A DNA stretch of 64,000 bases from Octopus sinensis (taxonomy: Eukaryota): assembly GCF_006345805.1 (NCBI RefSeq), contig NC_043019.1, positions 8,989,360-9,053,359 on the forward strand, read 5' to 3'. How positions within the stretch are numbered: position 1 is the first letter of the stretch; the number at the start of each line of letters is the position of its first letter. This document shows, piece after piece, positions 1 through 11,743 of this stretch. The notes under the pieces were generated by a model. The model made no database searches. It saw only the letters and a program-made list of their open reading frames with translations, and was not told the origin of the DNA. Position numbers and translations under genes: made by a program.

Positions 1-109
1 TGGATACGTTGGAAATGAAATATGATGTATGCTGTACAGTGAAGCCGGGGCTATAAAGTTATTCTTTTAATATATTGAAAGTAATAATATACATACATCA
101 ATCTGTTTA

Positions 110-110
110 G

Positions 111-165
<55 letters not shown>

Positions 166-186
166 AGAGAGAGAGAGAGAGAGATA
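110..186. repeat. (TA)n to (GA)n compound microsatellite
   Basis: Direct reading of the sequence. Confidence 0.95.
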
Positions 187-280
187 GAGAGGAGAAATTC
201 GGGGTGAGTACTTGATAATTATAAGCACCTGTGTATACCGTTTGGTGGTGTAGGTGGTGTCCTTGTGGAAGCTGTTGTGC

Positions 281-358
281 GCGGCTGAAGAAGGCCACAG
301 ACATACATTATGCATTGTTATAAATCTGTCTAATAAAGGCCCGAAACATATGTACCGC
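281..358 (+). ncRNA. Type I hammerhead ribozyme motif (Penelope-like element terminal-repeat type), canonical core
   Basis: GCGG-CTGAAGA-A-GGCC-ACAGA...TCTGT...GGCCC-GAAA-CATATG-TA-CCGC. Stem I GCGG/CCGC; core CUGAAGA (285-291) and GAAA (343-346); palindromic stem III ACATATGT (346-353); GUA triplet, predicted cut between 354 and 355. Confidence 0.8.
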
Positions 359-396
359 TGAATCCTTCGCATCATGTTTTTATTTTATTTTGATCA

Positions 397-462
<66 letters not shown>

Positions 463-623
463 TTGTCTGTTTGTGTGTGTAAGCTACGTTTTTCTTAGCT
501 TTACAGGAGCCTGTTCAATATATATAAACAGAGCTTTCTTTTAGTCATTGCAGCATAGAATTCCATAATGGTTCTCTCTGTACACTACACACACACACAA
601 AGAAACACACACAAAATATATGT

Positions 624-656
<33 letters not shown>

Positions 657-1109
657 CGTATGTGTGTGCGTATTGCAAATTATTAGATCGATCGATTAGG
701 TAGTGGTCGGATTGATGTAAAATTTTGGGGTGAGATACTATTTTAATCATATGACGAAGAGCAGAACATTCTTGGTATCTTTACATGGCAATTTAAATAA
801 TCTAATAGAGATCTTTCATCTGCTGTTCTAATGAGAACATTTTGTTTTCTTTGCCTCATATAACGATTTAAATATGATATGGGAGAGCTAAGAAGCATAC
901 GAATAGAGATAGTGTCATGCTCAAAAAAGAAGGGCAACAATAGATTTGAAAATATTTAAATGATGGTGTGAAATGAAAGCGAGAAATTACTGTCAGATGA
1001 ACACATAGACACAAAAAAAACTTTGCCATACTAAAGGAATTCTATGAAATAACCCATTATTTTAGTCTCTTATATACATACATACATACAAACATGTATA
1101 TATATTATG

Positions 1110-1148
<39 letters not shown>

Positions 1149-1185
1149 TATATTATATATAATATATATATATATATATATAATA

Positions 1186-1216
<31 letters not shown>

Positions 1217-1280
1217 GATACACACACGCACACATATATAATGATAAATGAAATGAAAAATGCAAATACTCCTATCTACT

Positions 1281-1475
1281 ATAGGCACTAGGCCCCAGAT
1301 TTTTGGTGGGGAGAGTCCAGTCGACTAGATCGATTCCTGTACGCAACTGCTACTTAAGTTATTGACCCCGAAATGATGAAAGGTAAAGTGCACCCCGCTG
1401 GAATTTGAACTTAGAACGTAAAGACAGACAAAACACCGCTGAGCATTTCGCCCGACGTGCTGACGTTTCTGCCAG
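1281..1475 (-). mobile_element. tRNA-derived SINE, family B (head GCTGGCAGAA.CGTTAGCAC; central CTTTCATCCTTTCGGGGTCGATAA; tail GGCCTTGTGCCT)
   Basis: Reverse complement matches the other family B copies in the window, e.g. 21530-21710 and 33685-33888. Confidence 0.85.
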
Positions 1476-1914
1476 AATGAAATACTGCAAAACATACACA
1501 GAAGACAGACGCAGAAGGACCGTATATCTTCAGCGTTTTACCGAAATGCCTTATTTATTCTGTCATCGTCTATCGTTTTGTTTGCTAGAGTCCTAATTCT
1601 ACGCAAATCTTGCGGGTGCCGCCAATATACGAAATTCCAAGTCTTATCGTTAAAGACATAAGACAGATCATTAGTATTTTTCGGCCGATAACTGATGAGG
1701 AATTAAGGTCCCTCTGTGTTTATCACATCTCTACGTTTTGTAGTATTTAATGCGTTTTGCATTTTGGGAGTAACTGGATGCCAAGATCCCGATTTTTCTT
1801 AACCGTAAGTTTATATATATATATATACACAGACACATGCACACACACACATATATATATATGCATGTATGTATATATATGCATGTATATATGTATATAT
1901 GTATGTATTTTTAT

Positions 1915-2113
1915 GTGTCTTTGTGTCTGTGTTTGTCCCCCCACCAACGCTTGACAACCGATGCTGTGCGTTTACGACACCGTGGCCTAGCGGTTTGGCA
2001 AAAGAGACCGATAGAAGTACTAGGGTTACAAAGAAGTCCTGGGGTCGATTCCTTCAACTAAAATTCTTTAAACTAGTGCTCCAGCTTGGCTGCAGTCAAA
2101 CGACTGAAACAAG
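1915..2113 (+). mobile_element. tRNA-derived SINE, family A, 3' half
   Basis: CGCTTGACAACCGATGCTG...GACCGATAGAAGTACTAGG...CTCCAGC..GGCTGCAGTCAAA.GACTGAAACAAG matches the full copies at 17031-17870. Confidence 0.85.
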
Positions 2114-2170
2114 CAAATTGTAATATAAAGTGTGGTGTGTGTGTTTGTGTATGTGTGTCTACATACATTA

Positions 2171-2224
<54 letters not shown>

Positions 2225-3970
2225 TATATACAGGAAAGGAAGAGTGGGGAAAGAGAGAGTGTGAGAGGTTTCAGGAAACATGATTTTGTGGCAGATAAAA
2301 CGGTGTAAAAGCGATGCTGGTCATTCGATATTTGGCGTTCGATACAGGAATGACGTCTTCACCAGCATTTATATTTGGCAACAAGCTTTAATGCGTAACA
2401 GGAAACCGAAGTCTTTGGGAGTGGAAGGGTTAAATACGACGCTGCACAAAGCTAGCACTGTATCAGCTATCTTATGGTTTTAGGCGGTAATGGATATATA
2501 TATATACGCGCGTGTGTGTGTGCTGATATGAGAACGACTTAACATCCATAACTATGCAAGTGCACGTATGTATTCATGTGTGTGCATTTCGCTGTCGATC
2601 TTTGTTTAACGCAGACACATACAATACATACGTACCTACATCGTGTGTGCGTGTGTGTGTGGTACAGTCGGATTTACGTAAGATATAGTGATTTAAGGAT
2701 GCGATTGATGTGGATTATCCTTAGAAGTTAAAGTTAAAATATCTCTAGTCATCCGTATCAGTTCCTGCTACACTCTCCAGCTCTTTTAGTAACCAGTTGA
2801 TGCCACAGGTTTCTTTTAGTTACAGTTTCTCGGAACTTTTCTCTTTGGCTGCACCTGTGTAAACTTCAAAATTGAGTGAAAATCTTAAAATTTGGTGTAT
2901 TGATGTAATTTTGCAGGCTAATTCTGAAGGGTTAACTCACGTTTATCAGACAACGTTTTTTAAAAAGTTTCAAAGGTTGATAATCTTCACCCAGTGGGAA
3001 AGCAAGATTTAGAAGCCTTTTCTTATTTGTGTGTGTGTGTGACTGCACGTGTTGTCAACATTCCGAGAACAGCTCGGGTTTTAATATGAAACTGGAAACA
3101 AATGAACCATTTGTGCAATCCTGTTTTACGCACGCCATATAATCCCTCATAATTTAGGTTCTGGTAATTTTCAGAAAACTTTTGCGAATTTGTTTTCTAC
3201 ATCCGGGAATTCATACGACTATGCAAAACACAAAAAAAGTTAGTGCATGATTTAAGGCCTATTTAGCTGTTATTTTTAGCACAACTCACAACCACGTAAT
3301 GATTCATATGTTTTAATCATTGAATAATCGAAAAGTGACCAAAACAACTAGAAACCAACGCATATTTTGGAGTTTTAAGCATTTAATATGCATTTAATGC
3401 GATAAAAAGCACATTACAAATTAAATATATTTCAAAATAACAAACTTATAGCACAACATTAAACGATTTATCAAAAAGCAAAATAGCATATTACAAATTA
3501 CATATTCATCAAAATATCAATTATAAAGCACATTACAAATGAAATATTTTGCAAAATATCAAACTTTAAAAAAATTATCAAAACACCGAATACAAAGTAA
3601 AATATTCAGAAAACAGCAACAGATGGGCACAAGCAGCAGAATACAGCGTAAACGTACAAGGCTTAGTGTAAAATATATTCGTCAATACATGTGCTTTCTC
3701 AGCAGACAGAAGAGTTCTAATGCTTGGCTTGTAACTATGGAAACAGGCACTTGTATAACTGCTGCTTTCGCTTGGCTAAATTTACCCCAAATTTGCAAAA
3801 TTTCAAAAGCTATTCACTCTTTATTGATTTATGCTGAAAATGAATTTCATATCAATGAAAACCACACAAAACTACACAAATACACTAAATACGAAATCAC
3901 GGGAACAAAAATTGAAGAAACTGAGAAGTAGCTGCCAAGCAGAAAAATAATATCGCCCATGTAATATCGC

Positions 3971-4295
3971 CGTCTGTCAGGTCGGTTATGAATGTTCTGC
4001 ACCATGTAGTTGTTGTTCTTCTCTTTCTTTTTTGTTCCGGTGGAGTCTTCTACAAAGCTGTTTTAGGATGATGTTGTGTGACCGGTGTATTTTTCCTTTG
4101 TTCTGTATTGCGTTCTCAGTTGAGAATATTTTCATTGGTTGTGAAATCTTACCAATGCCTGTTGAAAATCTTCCTTAAACATCTTTGGTGGAACGCACAT
4201 CTAGCTGTCTTCCGATTTGTATCGTGATCTTCCATGCCTCACTGGCATAGAGAATTGTAGGTAGAATTATGGTACTGTAGCGATGATTCGGAACC
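3971..4295 (-). mobile_element. RTE-clade LINE relic, region C-terminal to the reverse transcriptase
   Basis: Minus-strand translation across a frameshift: YSTIILPTILYASEAWKITIQIGRQLDV / FHQRCLRKIFNRHW*DFTTNENIL ... QKRKRRTTTTWCRTFITDL, typical RTE ORF C-terminal motifs. Confidence 0.75.
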
Positions 4296-4434
4296 TAACT
4301 GCTAGATAGTCGGGTAGACATGACTAGTGAACCATCAAGCTTGCACTGATTCGTCTGTAAATCGGCAAATAAATGTAAGGCTGTCACATGTTTTCTCTGT
4401 TGTTCTAGAATACAGTCTCTTGTCTCTAAAAAAC

Positions 4435-4437
<3 letters not shown>

Positions 4438-4490
<53 letters not shown>

Positions 4491-4510
4491 GAGAGAGGAG
4501 AGAGAGAGAG

Positions 4511-4565
<55 letters not shown>

Positions 4566-4598
4566 CAGACATAAAGACATACAGACAGACAGACAGAC

Positions 4599-4668
<70 letters not shown>

Positions 4669-4686
4669 GCAGACATAAAGACAGAC

Positions 4687-4749
<63 letters not shown>

Positions 4750-4750
4750 C
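4438..4750. repeat. (TA)n/(GA)n/(GATA)n/(GACA)n compound microsatellite
   Basis: Direct reading. Confidence 0.95.
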
Positions 4751-7700
4751 TGATATAGATATATTGTCGTATTGTTATATCTAAGGATGGTCATTCTTTT
4801 TTCTGACCAAATCATCACACGCACTCTATATTCGTTCTTCACTCGTTTACTATTGTCCTTATTCTATCAGATGTCCATTGGAAAGCTGTCATCACGCAAC
4901 TGTGACCTCTTCAGGGAACCATTCCATCCACTTTTATCCTTCTGCTCCACCAAGAATGGACTAGGTGCAGCAGGGAGAGACACGTATTGGAAAGTGTCGC
5001 TGAAAGGTCAAATATGTGTGATTAAAGATATCCAGTCAATGGACACAAGATAGAATATGAAAAAAAAAAACAAGAAAAATAATAAACGAGCAAACAACGA
5101 ATATATGGTGCGTGTGTTTATTTGGCAATAAAAATGACCATCCCGAAATACAACAATATTTGTTTCAACTCACGATTCCGTATCAGGAATCAAGGAATCT
5201 TGTTAAACATATTCGTAAAGGTGTATGTATGCATGTATGTGTGTATGAACATATAGATAATTATATTGATACACACATATAAGTATCTATGTATTTTTAT
5301 ATGTGCACATCCAAGTACTAATGCAAGCTCCAGCATGGACACAGTCAAATGACTGAAACAAATAAAAGAATTAAAGAATTAAAGAATTCACAGACACACA
5401 CACACACACCACACACACACACACACGAATGAATGTGTATATATGCGGCGTAGTTATATACGCAATGTGCTTTCAGGATATGTAATTTTTGGAATATTTT
5501 ACGCTAGGAAGTACTGATATAATGAGAGTTCGGTTGAAAAGAATGATAACATGAAAAAGAAATAACAAGGAAAATTTTTTCAAATTATTGCATCTGACAT
5601 ATGTTATATGTATATATATTATATATATATATATATATATAATTATATATAATATATTATATAGATGTATGTTTATGTATGATGTATGTATATATATATT
5701 ATATATATATATATATAGATATATTATATATATATATATATATATGTCCACAAAACATATATGTGTGCGCGTATGTGTGTGCTGCAAAAGTCGTAAAGAT
5801 GAAACGTTAATAGGATACTTGTATATATATATATATATATATGTACATGTGGAAACGGTGTGTGTGTTTATGCGTGAGTGTTATATTATTTTCGTTGCAT
5901 TCGAAGCCAACGTCTTTCCAATTGTTATTTATTGCATGATACAGATGTATAGTTGTATGTTCTTTGATTTAATACTTACCATTATGATCGTTTCAACGCA
6001 CAAGAAAATTGGCACTTGCAAATAAATACACAACACTAAAACAATTCTGGGGTTAAATCTCAAAATAAAAGTACACAAATCTATCTCTACATGTCTGTGA
6101 GTGTGTTTAAAAGCTACATACATGTTTAAATATATATACATGTGTATTCGATGTAGGTTTATATAATGGCATTACTTAGTTTAAAAGGAAATATATGGTG
6201 ATGATTAAATGTTAATCTTGTTTCATTTAAGCATCTTCTATTGCAATTATTACACACGGAAGAAAAGACAATTTTCTTCTTTAAATGATGTAAATTTAAA
6301 AGCGATAATTAAAATTCCTTTAAAACAATTATTGACGGAATAAATAAAATCCCAAAACTAAATGTCACGTTGTTCGTAACATTTGAACCGCAACATGTAC
6401 TTTAACATTCGAAATGATATTGTAAGACAAGCTGGTGGTAATTATTTTAATTAGAAGCACTTGTGATGGTTAAGTGAGAAAAGGTTACCATCGGAGGATC
6501 GATCGTTTGTTGTCTCAGCTGACCAACTGAAAGGTACTTATCGACCTGTAATCGTTGAGGCTGGCTACTTGGCTATCGCGCTCAGCATCCTGTTAATACA
6601 GATCAGTGCTCCATAATCGGTATGCTGCGGCAGATACCAGTGTGCCACGAGACGATGCTAGGTGTGACGCAGTGTAACCTGGATAAGATTATTTTTCCTA
6701 TACTTCTAATTCGTGTGTGCCGCCGTATTTTGAAAAGAATATAAGTGCACTGTAAGGGGAAAATGGTTGCAGAGCAGTGATCTACACATCTCCAACTGAC
6801 ACTGGTTGCTATTTCAACCGTCTTCGATCAAAGTAACAGGACTAAAACCAGTGAAATACAATGTAATTATAGATTTATTATTTGTCCATGGAGAATAGGA
6901 ATATTTTCAACGTTCATATTATTTAGACATAGGTTCGAAAGAAATAAAACTTGCAGATACACTGAGGTTGCTATACGGGTTACGCATAACAAACCCCCAC
7001 ATTTCTCTGCCTAAAGCAACAGGGTTTGGTATTAAATCTGTCTTGGGGGCATAACAGGAACCAGACTGCTGAAGTATCTCGAGGCGAAATGAATCAAAAT
7101 TCGATTTTTGCACCATTCACATCCGAACTGAATTTCTTTCAGGTTACAGGAGTCCGAAAGATGAGTTTGATGGTTAAGTTGTCATTGTTCAGGATTAGAG
7201 AAAGGATCGGTTCTATTCTACAGAGCAACAGCAACAGCAGCAGTACCGTATATAAATAGTTAACCAATAACCTAAAGCAATAAAAATTCCTGAGTTGCAC
7301 GATACCAAGATTAAACCCGATAACTGCCAAGAAGAAACATTTTGGCGTTTGTATTCAAACAAGGAATTCTAGAAAATTGAGTGAGTTGTAAGATTCTGTA
7401 GCACAAATCTTTTATACAATGTGATAAGTTATATTTTGATTCTTAATATCTTCTTGCAGATTCGAACATGAATATGCTTATCGCTACTGTGATCCGACTT
7501 TGGAGAAGAACTTCTCTTTCAGAAGAATTTATGAACATAAAGAGAAATGAAAGCACATCCACGTTCGAATCTGCCGGAAGATATAAAGAATGAATAAACA
7601 AATCTTTTGATTCTCAACCTTCAACAGGCACATGACGGATTACTACAAAAAGATAGCGCAGACGATTAGCTCAACAATGCCTTATGGATTTTATTATACT

Positions 7701-8443
7701 TTGAGAAATGTCGGCTCCCTGAACGAATATATTACTACCATATGTCTATATTCCGTTCCACCGACAAATCTCAGTATATTGCGTCGAAGAAAATAATTAT
7801 AACTTAAACATTCTTAAACTAAGTGACTTCAATTTTGTGTGTCCTTATTAACAGTGAAAATTTCATTAGGCTAATTGAAACTTTCGTTTTATTAACTAGC
7901 AACATTTAAAGAGCAAAAATTCAATTTCTGTTCATATGTAGTTTGAAAGTAAAGTGATTTAATAAACGGAAATAATTAAACGTTTAATCATCGGTATACT
8001 TCGTGTTTTTAATCTGAGACGTGACTGCATTCACAAGGACACACACACACACACATACACATACATACATATACATCATACATACATATATATATACATA
8101 TTATATATATGTGTATATATATATTTATATGTATTATATAATCTATAAATAAGATATATATATATAGATATATATATATATATATATATGATTTATACGT
8201 ACGTTCATATGTTTCTGTAATACCTACAGACACTATGTATTTTTGTGGATATACATAGAAAAGAATAAATAAATCATGCGCACATACGCACATATGAGAT
8301 TGTGTAGATGTCTGTCTATGAATGTGAGTATTAATAGTTATAGATAGATATTAATTTAGATAATCTCTCACGTACATATAATAAATATATGTGTTTGTTT
8401 GTGTGAGTGTGTATGCATGTATATTTATATACACACACACACA

Positions 8444-9285
8444 TCTAAATGTGAGACAAGAGTTACGTAGGTCATAGTTCCTTAAATCTTTATCATCTTT
8501 CTTGTGAACAAGATGGTATTCTACTCTTTCCATAACGAAGTTTCGTCTCTTTCAATTAGCGATTGATGCATCTTGGCACCTCAGTTGTTATGCCATCCTT
8601 TCCTCGAACTGTTTCTCCTTTCTCCAACTTGAGGTCATTCTCAACTTCACTGATCAGAATATGTGGCATTTTTTCCAATATTTGCGACACTGAAGGATCG
8701 ATCTTCACTGATGATTTAAAAAGGTTGGTATAGTAAGGTTTGTGTGCCTCTTACATTTCCCTTCTGTCTGTCACTGTAAGCCCATCCTTATTCTTAAGAG
8801 CGTCATCACTGAGGTATAGAGAGACAGCTCCCTCCTACGTTTTTTAAAATTATTTCTCCCCTGCAGAATCTATGAGCTTCTTCAATCTATAATTCTCCAA
8901 ATCGATTTCTAGCTGATCTTTTACGTCTCTCTTCAAAGTTTTCCATTTCTCGGGCATTTTCTTCGTTTCCTCCAAGATTCTTCGGTGAGGCTGTCGTTCA
9001 CTTGCAGTTATTGCCTTCCAAACGCAGATCCTAATATTCTAAACAAGTGAATTGAAGTCTCCCTCCACCTCTCAACATCACTTCAGGCTTCCCTCATGAG
9101 AGCATCTTGCAATTGTGCCTTGATGCGTTGATTCTTCATTGAGATGTCCAGAGCATTCTTCTCTTTGATTTCATTGTATATGGCTCTTGCTGTTGCACGG
9201 CGATCTCACCATCTCCACGGTCATATCCACGCATCGGAGTGATAAATGTCCGTCTCTCAAGAAATGCCATCTTGAAGATCTTCAA
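8444..9285 (-). mobile_element. RTE-clade LINE relic, post-endonuclease linker to start of RT
   Basis: Minus-strand translation: ALKNKDGLTVTDRREM*EAHKPYYTNLFKSSV...PHILISEVENDLKLEKGETVRGKDGITTEV ... LVHKKDDKDLRNY...LSHI, resembling RTE motifs APGKDGITTE and HKKGDKEDLKNYRPICLLSHI; multiple stops and frameshifts. Confidence 0.8.
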
Positions 9286-9311
9286 GATCTATAAATGTAT
9301 AAAATCCTAGC

Positions 9312-9610
9312 GATGGTGATGAAATGGAAGTAGTCTCGTGAGCTGGGAAGTGCTCAAGATCGCAAATCTGCTTACGCTGTAGTGAAGAGAGATTTCAACG
9401 CAAAGGTTGGAAAAGGACGGCAGGTAGAGAAATATGTTTGAACGTTTGGATCAAGGCATAAATGAAGGCGGGAAATGCTTGGTTACCATGGCAGCAGAAA
9501 GAAGGCTTTACATTGGGAACAGTCCATTCAGGAAGCAATCAGGAAAGAGATGGAGCTGGATAGTCCCAATCGCACAGTGCCCAAAATGAAATTGACTGGA
9601 TCATATGCTT
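9312..9610 (+). mobile_element. RTE-clade LINE relic, APE endonuclease portion (inverted relative to 8444-9285)
   Basis: Plus-strand translation across frameshifts: VVKRDFNAKVGKGRQVEKYV...RRLYIGNSPFRKQSGKRWSWI..P...NEIDWI, matching APE motifs GDFNAKVG, N.FF.K...RWTW.SPN and NEIDYI. Confidence 0.8.
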
Positions 9611-10330
9611 GAAATAATGTCTAATGCAGAGCGTCTTAATGATAGGGACAAACCTACATATCTACATATGTATGTGTGTATATATACATATAATATATAC
9701 ACACACATATGTATGTAAATATATATGTTTGTACTATATATATATATATATATATATATGTACGTATGTATGTGTGTACATATGTGTGTGCATGTGTGTG
9801 TGTGTGTGTGTGTACATACACTCACAGGCACACAGACAGGTACGAACACATACACACACATATAATTATAATCTTGTGTGCAAAGTGTAATCTATTTTTA
9901 CCTCGAATCAATTCTTCCTCGAAAACGGAAGAAACAATAATAACAAAATGAAATCGAACGAAAAAAATCAAACAACAAATACAAAACAAAGAAACGCAAT
10001 CAAGTTAAAATAACCTCACCCACAGACTACAGAAACATTACACTAACACATGAGAATCGTGCCAAGAGGAGAACCCCTGTAACACCCCCATCCTAGAACA
10101 CAATAAATCAATAGAAAGCAACGGAACACTGGATGTCTATTAATAACCTTCGTTGGACGTTTTATCAAGAAGCAGGTCTTTATGCGGAAACACACTTCTA
10201 TCTGCTGCCGTACAAACTTCGTTTCTGCTCTTACTTTGATCTTTCTACTCCAGACATTATTTTGCTGAAGTTGGCGTTACTTAATATGGGAAGCACACAC
10301 ATCAATACACGTCTATTGGTTTCAGTTTAA

Positions 10331-10530
10331 TGCACAAGGTCAATAATTTCGGGGAAGGGATTAAGTCGTTTCAAAGACCCCCAGTGCTCAACTGGTACTA
10401 AATTCTATTGACCACGAAAGAATGGAAAGCAACGTCGACATCGGCGGAATATGAACTCAGAACGTAAAGACGGATGAAATGCCGCGAAGCATCTTGCCCA
10501 GCGCGCTAACCATTCTGCCAGCACACCGCC
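10331..10530 (-). mobile_element. SINE family B
   Basis: Homology to other family B copies in the window. Confidence 0.85.
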
Positions 10531-10540
10531 ATATTAATAC

Positions 10541-10608
<68 letters not shown>

Positions 10609-10816
10609 GCTTCAAATTATGGTACAAGGTCTGAAATTTGGAGGGGGAGTAAGACGATTACATTGACACCCGTATTTCACCTGGAACTTGTTTTATCTAC
10701 CGCGAAAGGATGAAAGCAAAGAATTCGGTAAAATTTGAACCCAGAACGTAAGAGCAGACGAAATACCACTGCTTATTTTGTCCGACTAGCTAACGATTCC
10801 GCCAGCTTACCGCCTT
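10609..10816 (-). mobile_element. SINE family B
   Basis: Homology to other family B copies; separated from the previous copy by (TG)n. Confidence 0.85.
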
Positions 10817-10824
10817 CTCATTAA

Positions 10825-10861
10825 TACATACATACATACATACATACATACACACACATAC

Positions 10862-10908
<47 letters not shown>

Positions 10909-10955
10909 CATACATACATACATACATACATACATACATACATACATACATACAT
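10825..10955. repeat. (CATA)n microsatellite
   Basis: Direct reading. Confidence 0.95.
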
Positions 10956-11414
10956 AGAAATGAGAAAATGCTTGGTTTTGTAGGCTTCTGCCTATATTTG
11001 CGTTGGTGTGTATTTTTTCCATTGAGGTATTTATAGAAAATTGCATTTTGTGCCAACAACTGGCCAGCAAATATATATGTAATCTTTATAACAATTTCTC
11101 TCGTTGGTATCAAGCCAGAATGTTTGTTTGGTTTTGTCTTTTATTTTTGCTGTAAATTCGGTTGGGTCAATAGCATCGATCAAAGTACCACCAACTGGTA
11201 CAGATTTCATTAATCGGTCGATCACTCAGAGATTAACCCGAATGCGAAGTCGACTTTATTTGAGAACATGTAAAAATAAGAGACGTAATAAAACGAATCT
11301 TAAGTTCATGCTGGGTTTTCGTCATGAATGAACGGAGCGCACCTATATTGTCACTTGATGTGCTAGATCTAGCAGCCAAAACATTGCTTCGTCAAGCTTT
11401 ATTCTTTTCAAACA

Positions 11415-11455
<41 letters not shown>

Positions 11456-11672
11456 ACACACACATTCACACACACACATATGTATATATATCATCAATAA
11501 TAATAAAGGGTAAAATTAATTAATTAATTAAAAATTAATAATTCCACGAAGTAGTATTCGGCATGTTAAAAGGACCATTTTCGGTAAACTTAAACAATAA
11601 TTTTTTATAATTATGAATATAATTAGGGTTCAGCGAAAAAAAAAATTTGCTTCACCACATACCGAACTTTAG

Positions 11673-11743
<71 letters not shown>

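Noticed and set aside
1692-1716. CTGATGAGGAATTAAGGTCC, hammerhead-like 5' core and short stem II
   Set aside because: No GAAA or cleavage triplet follows; at best a remnant.
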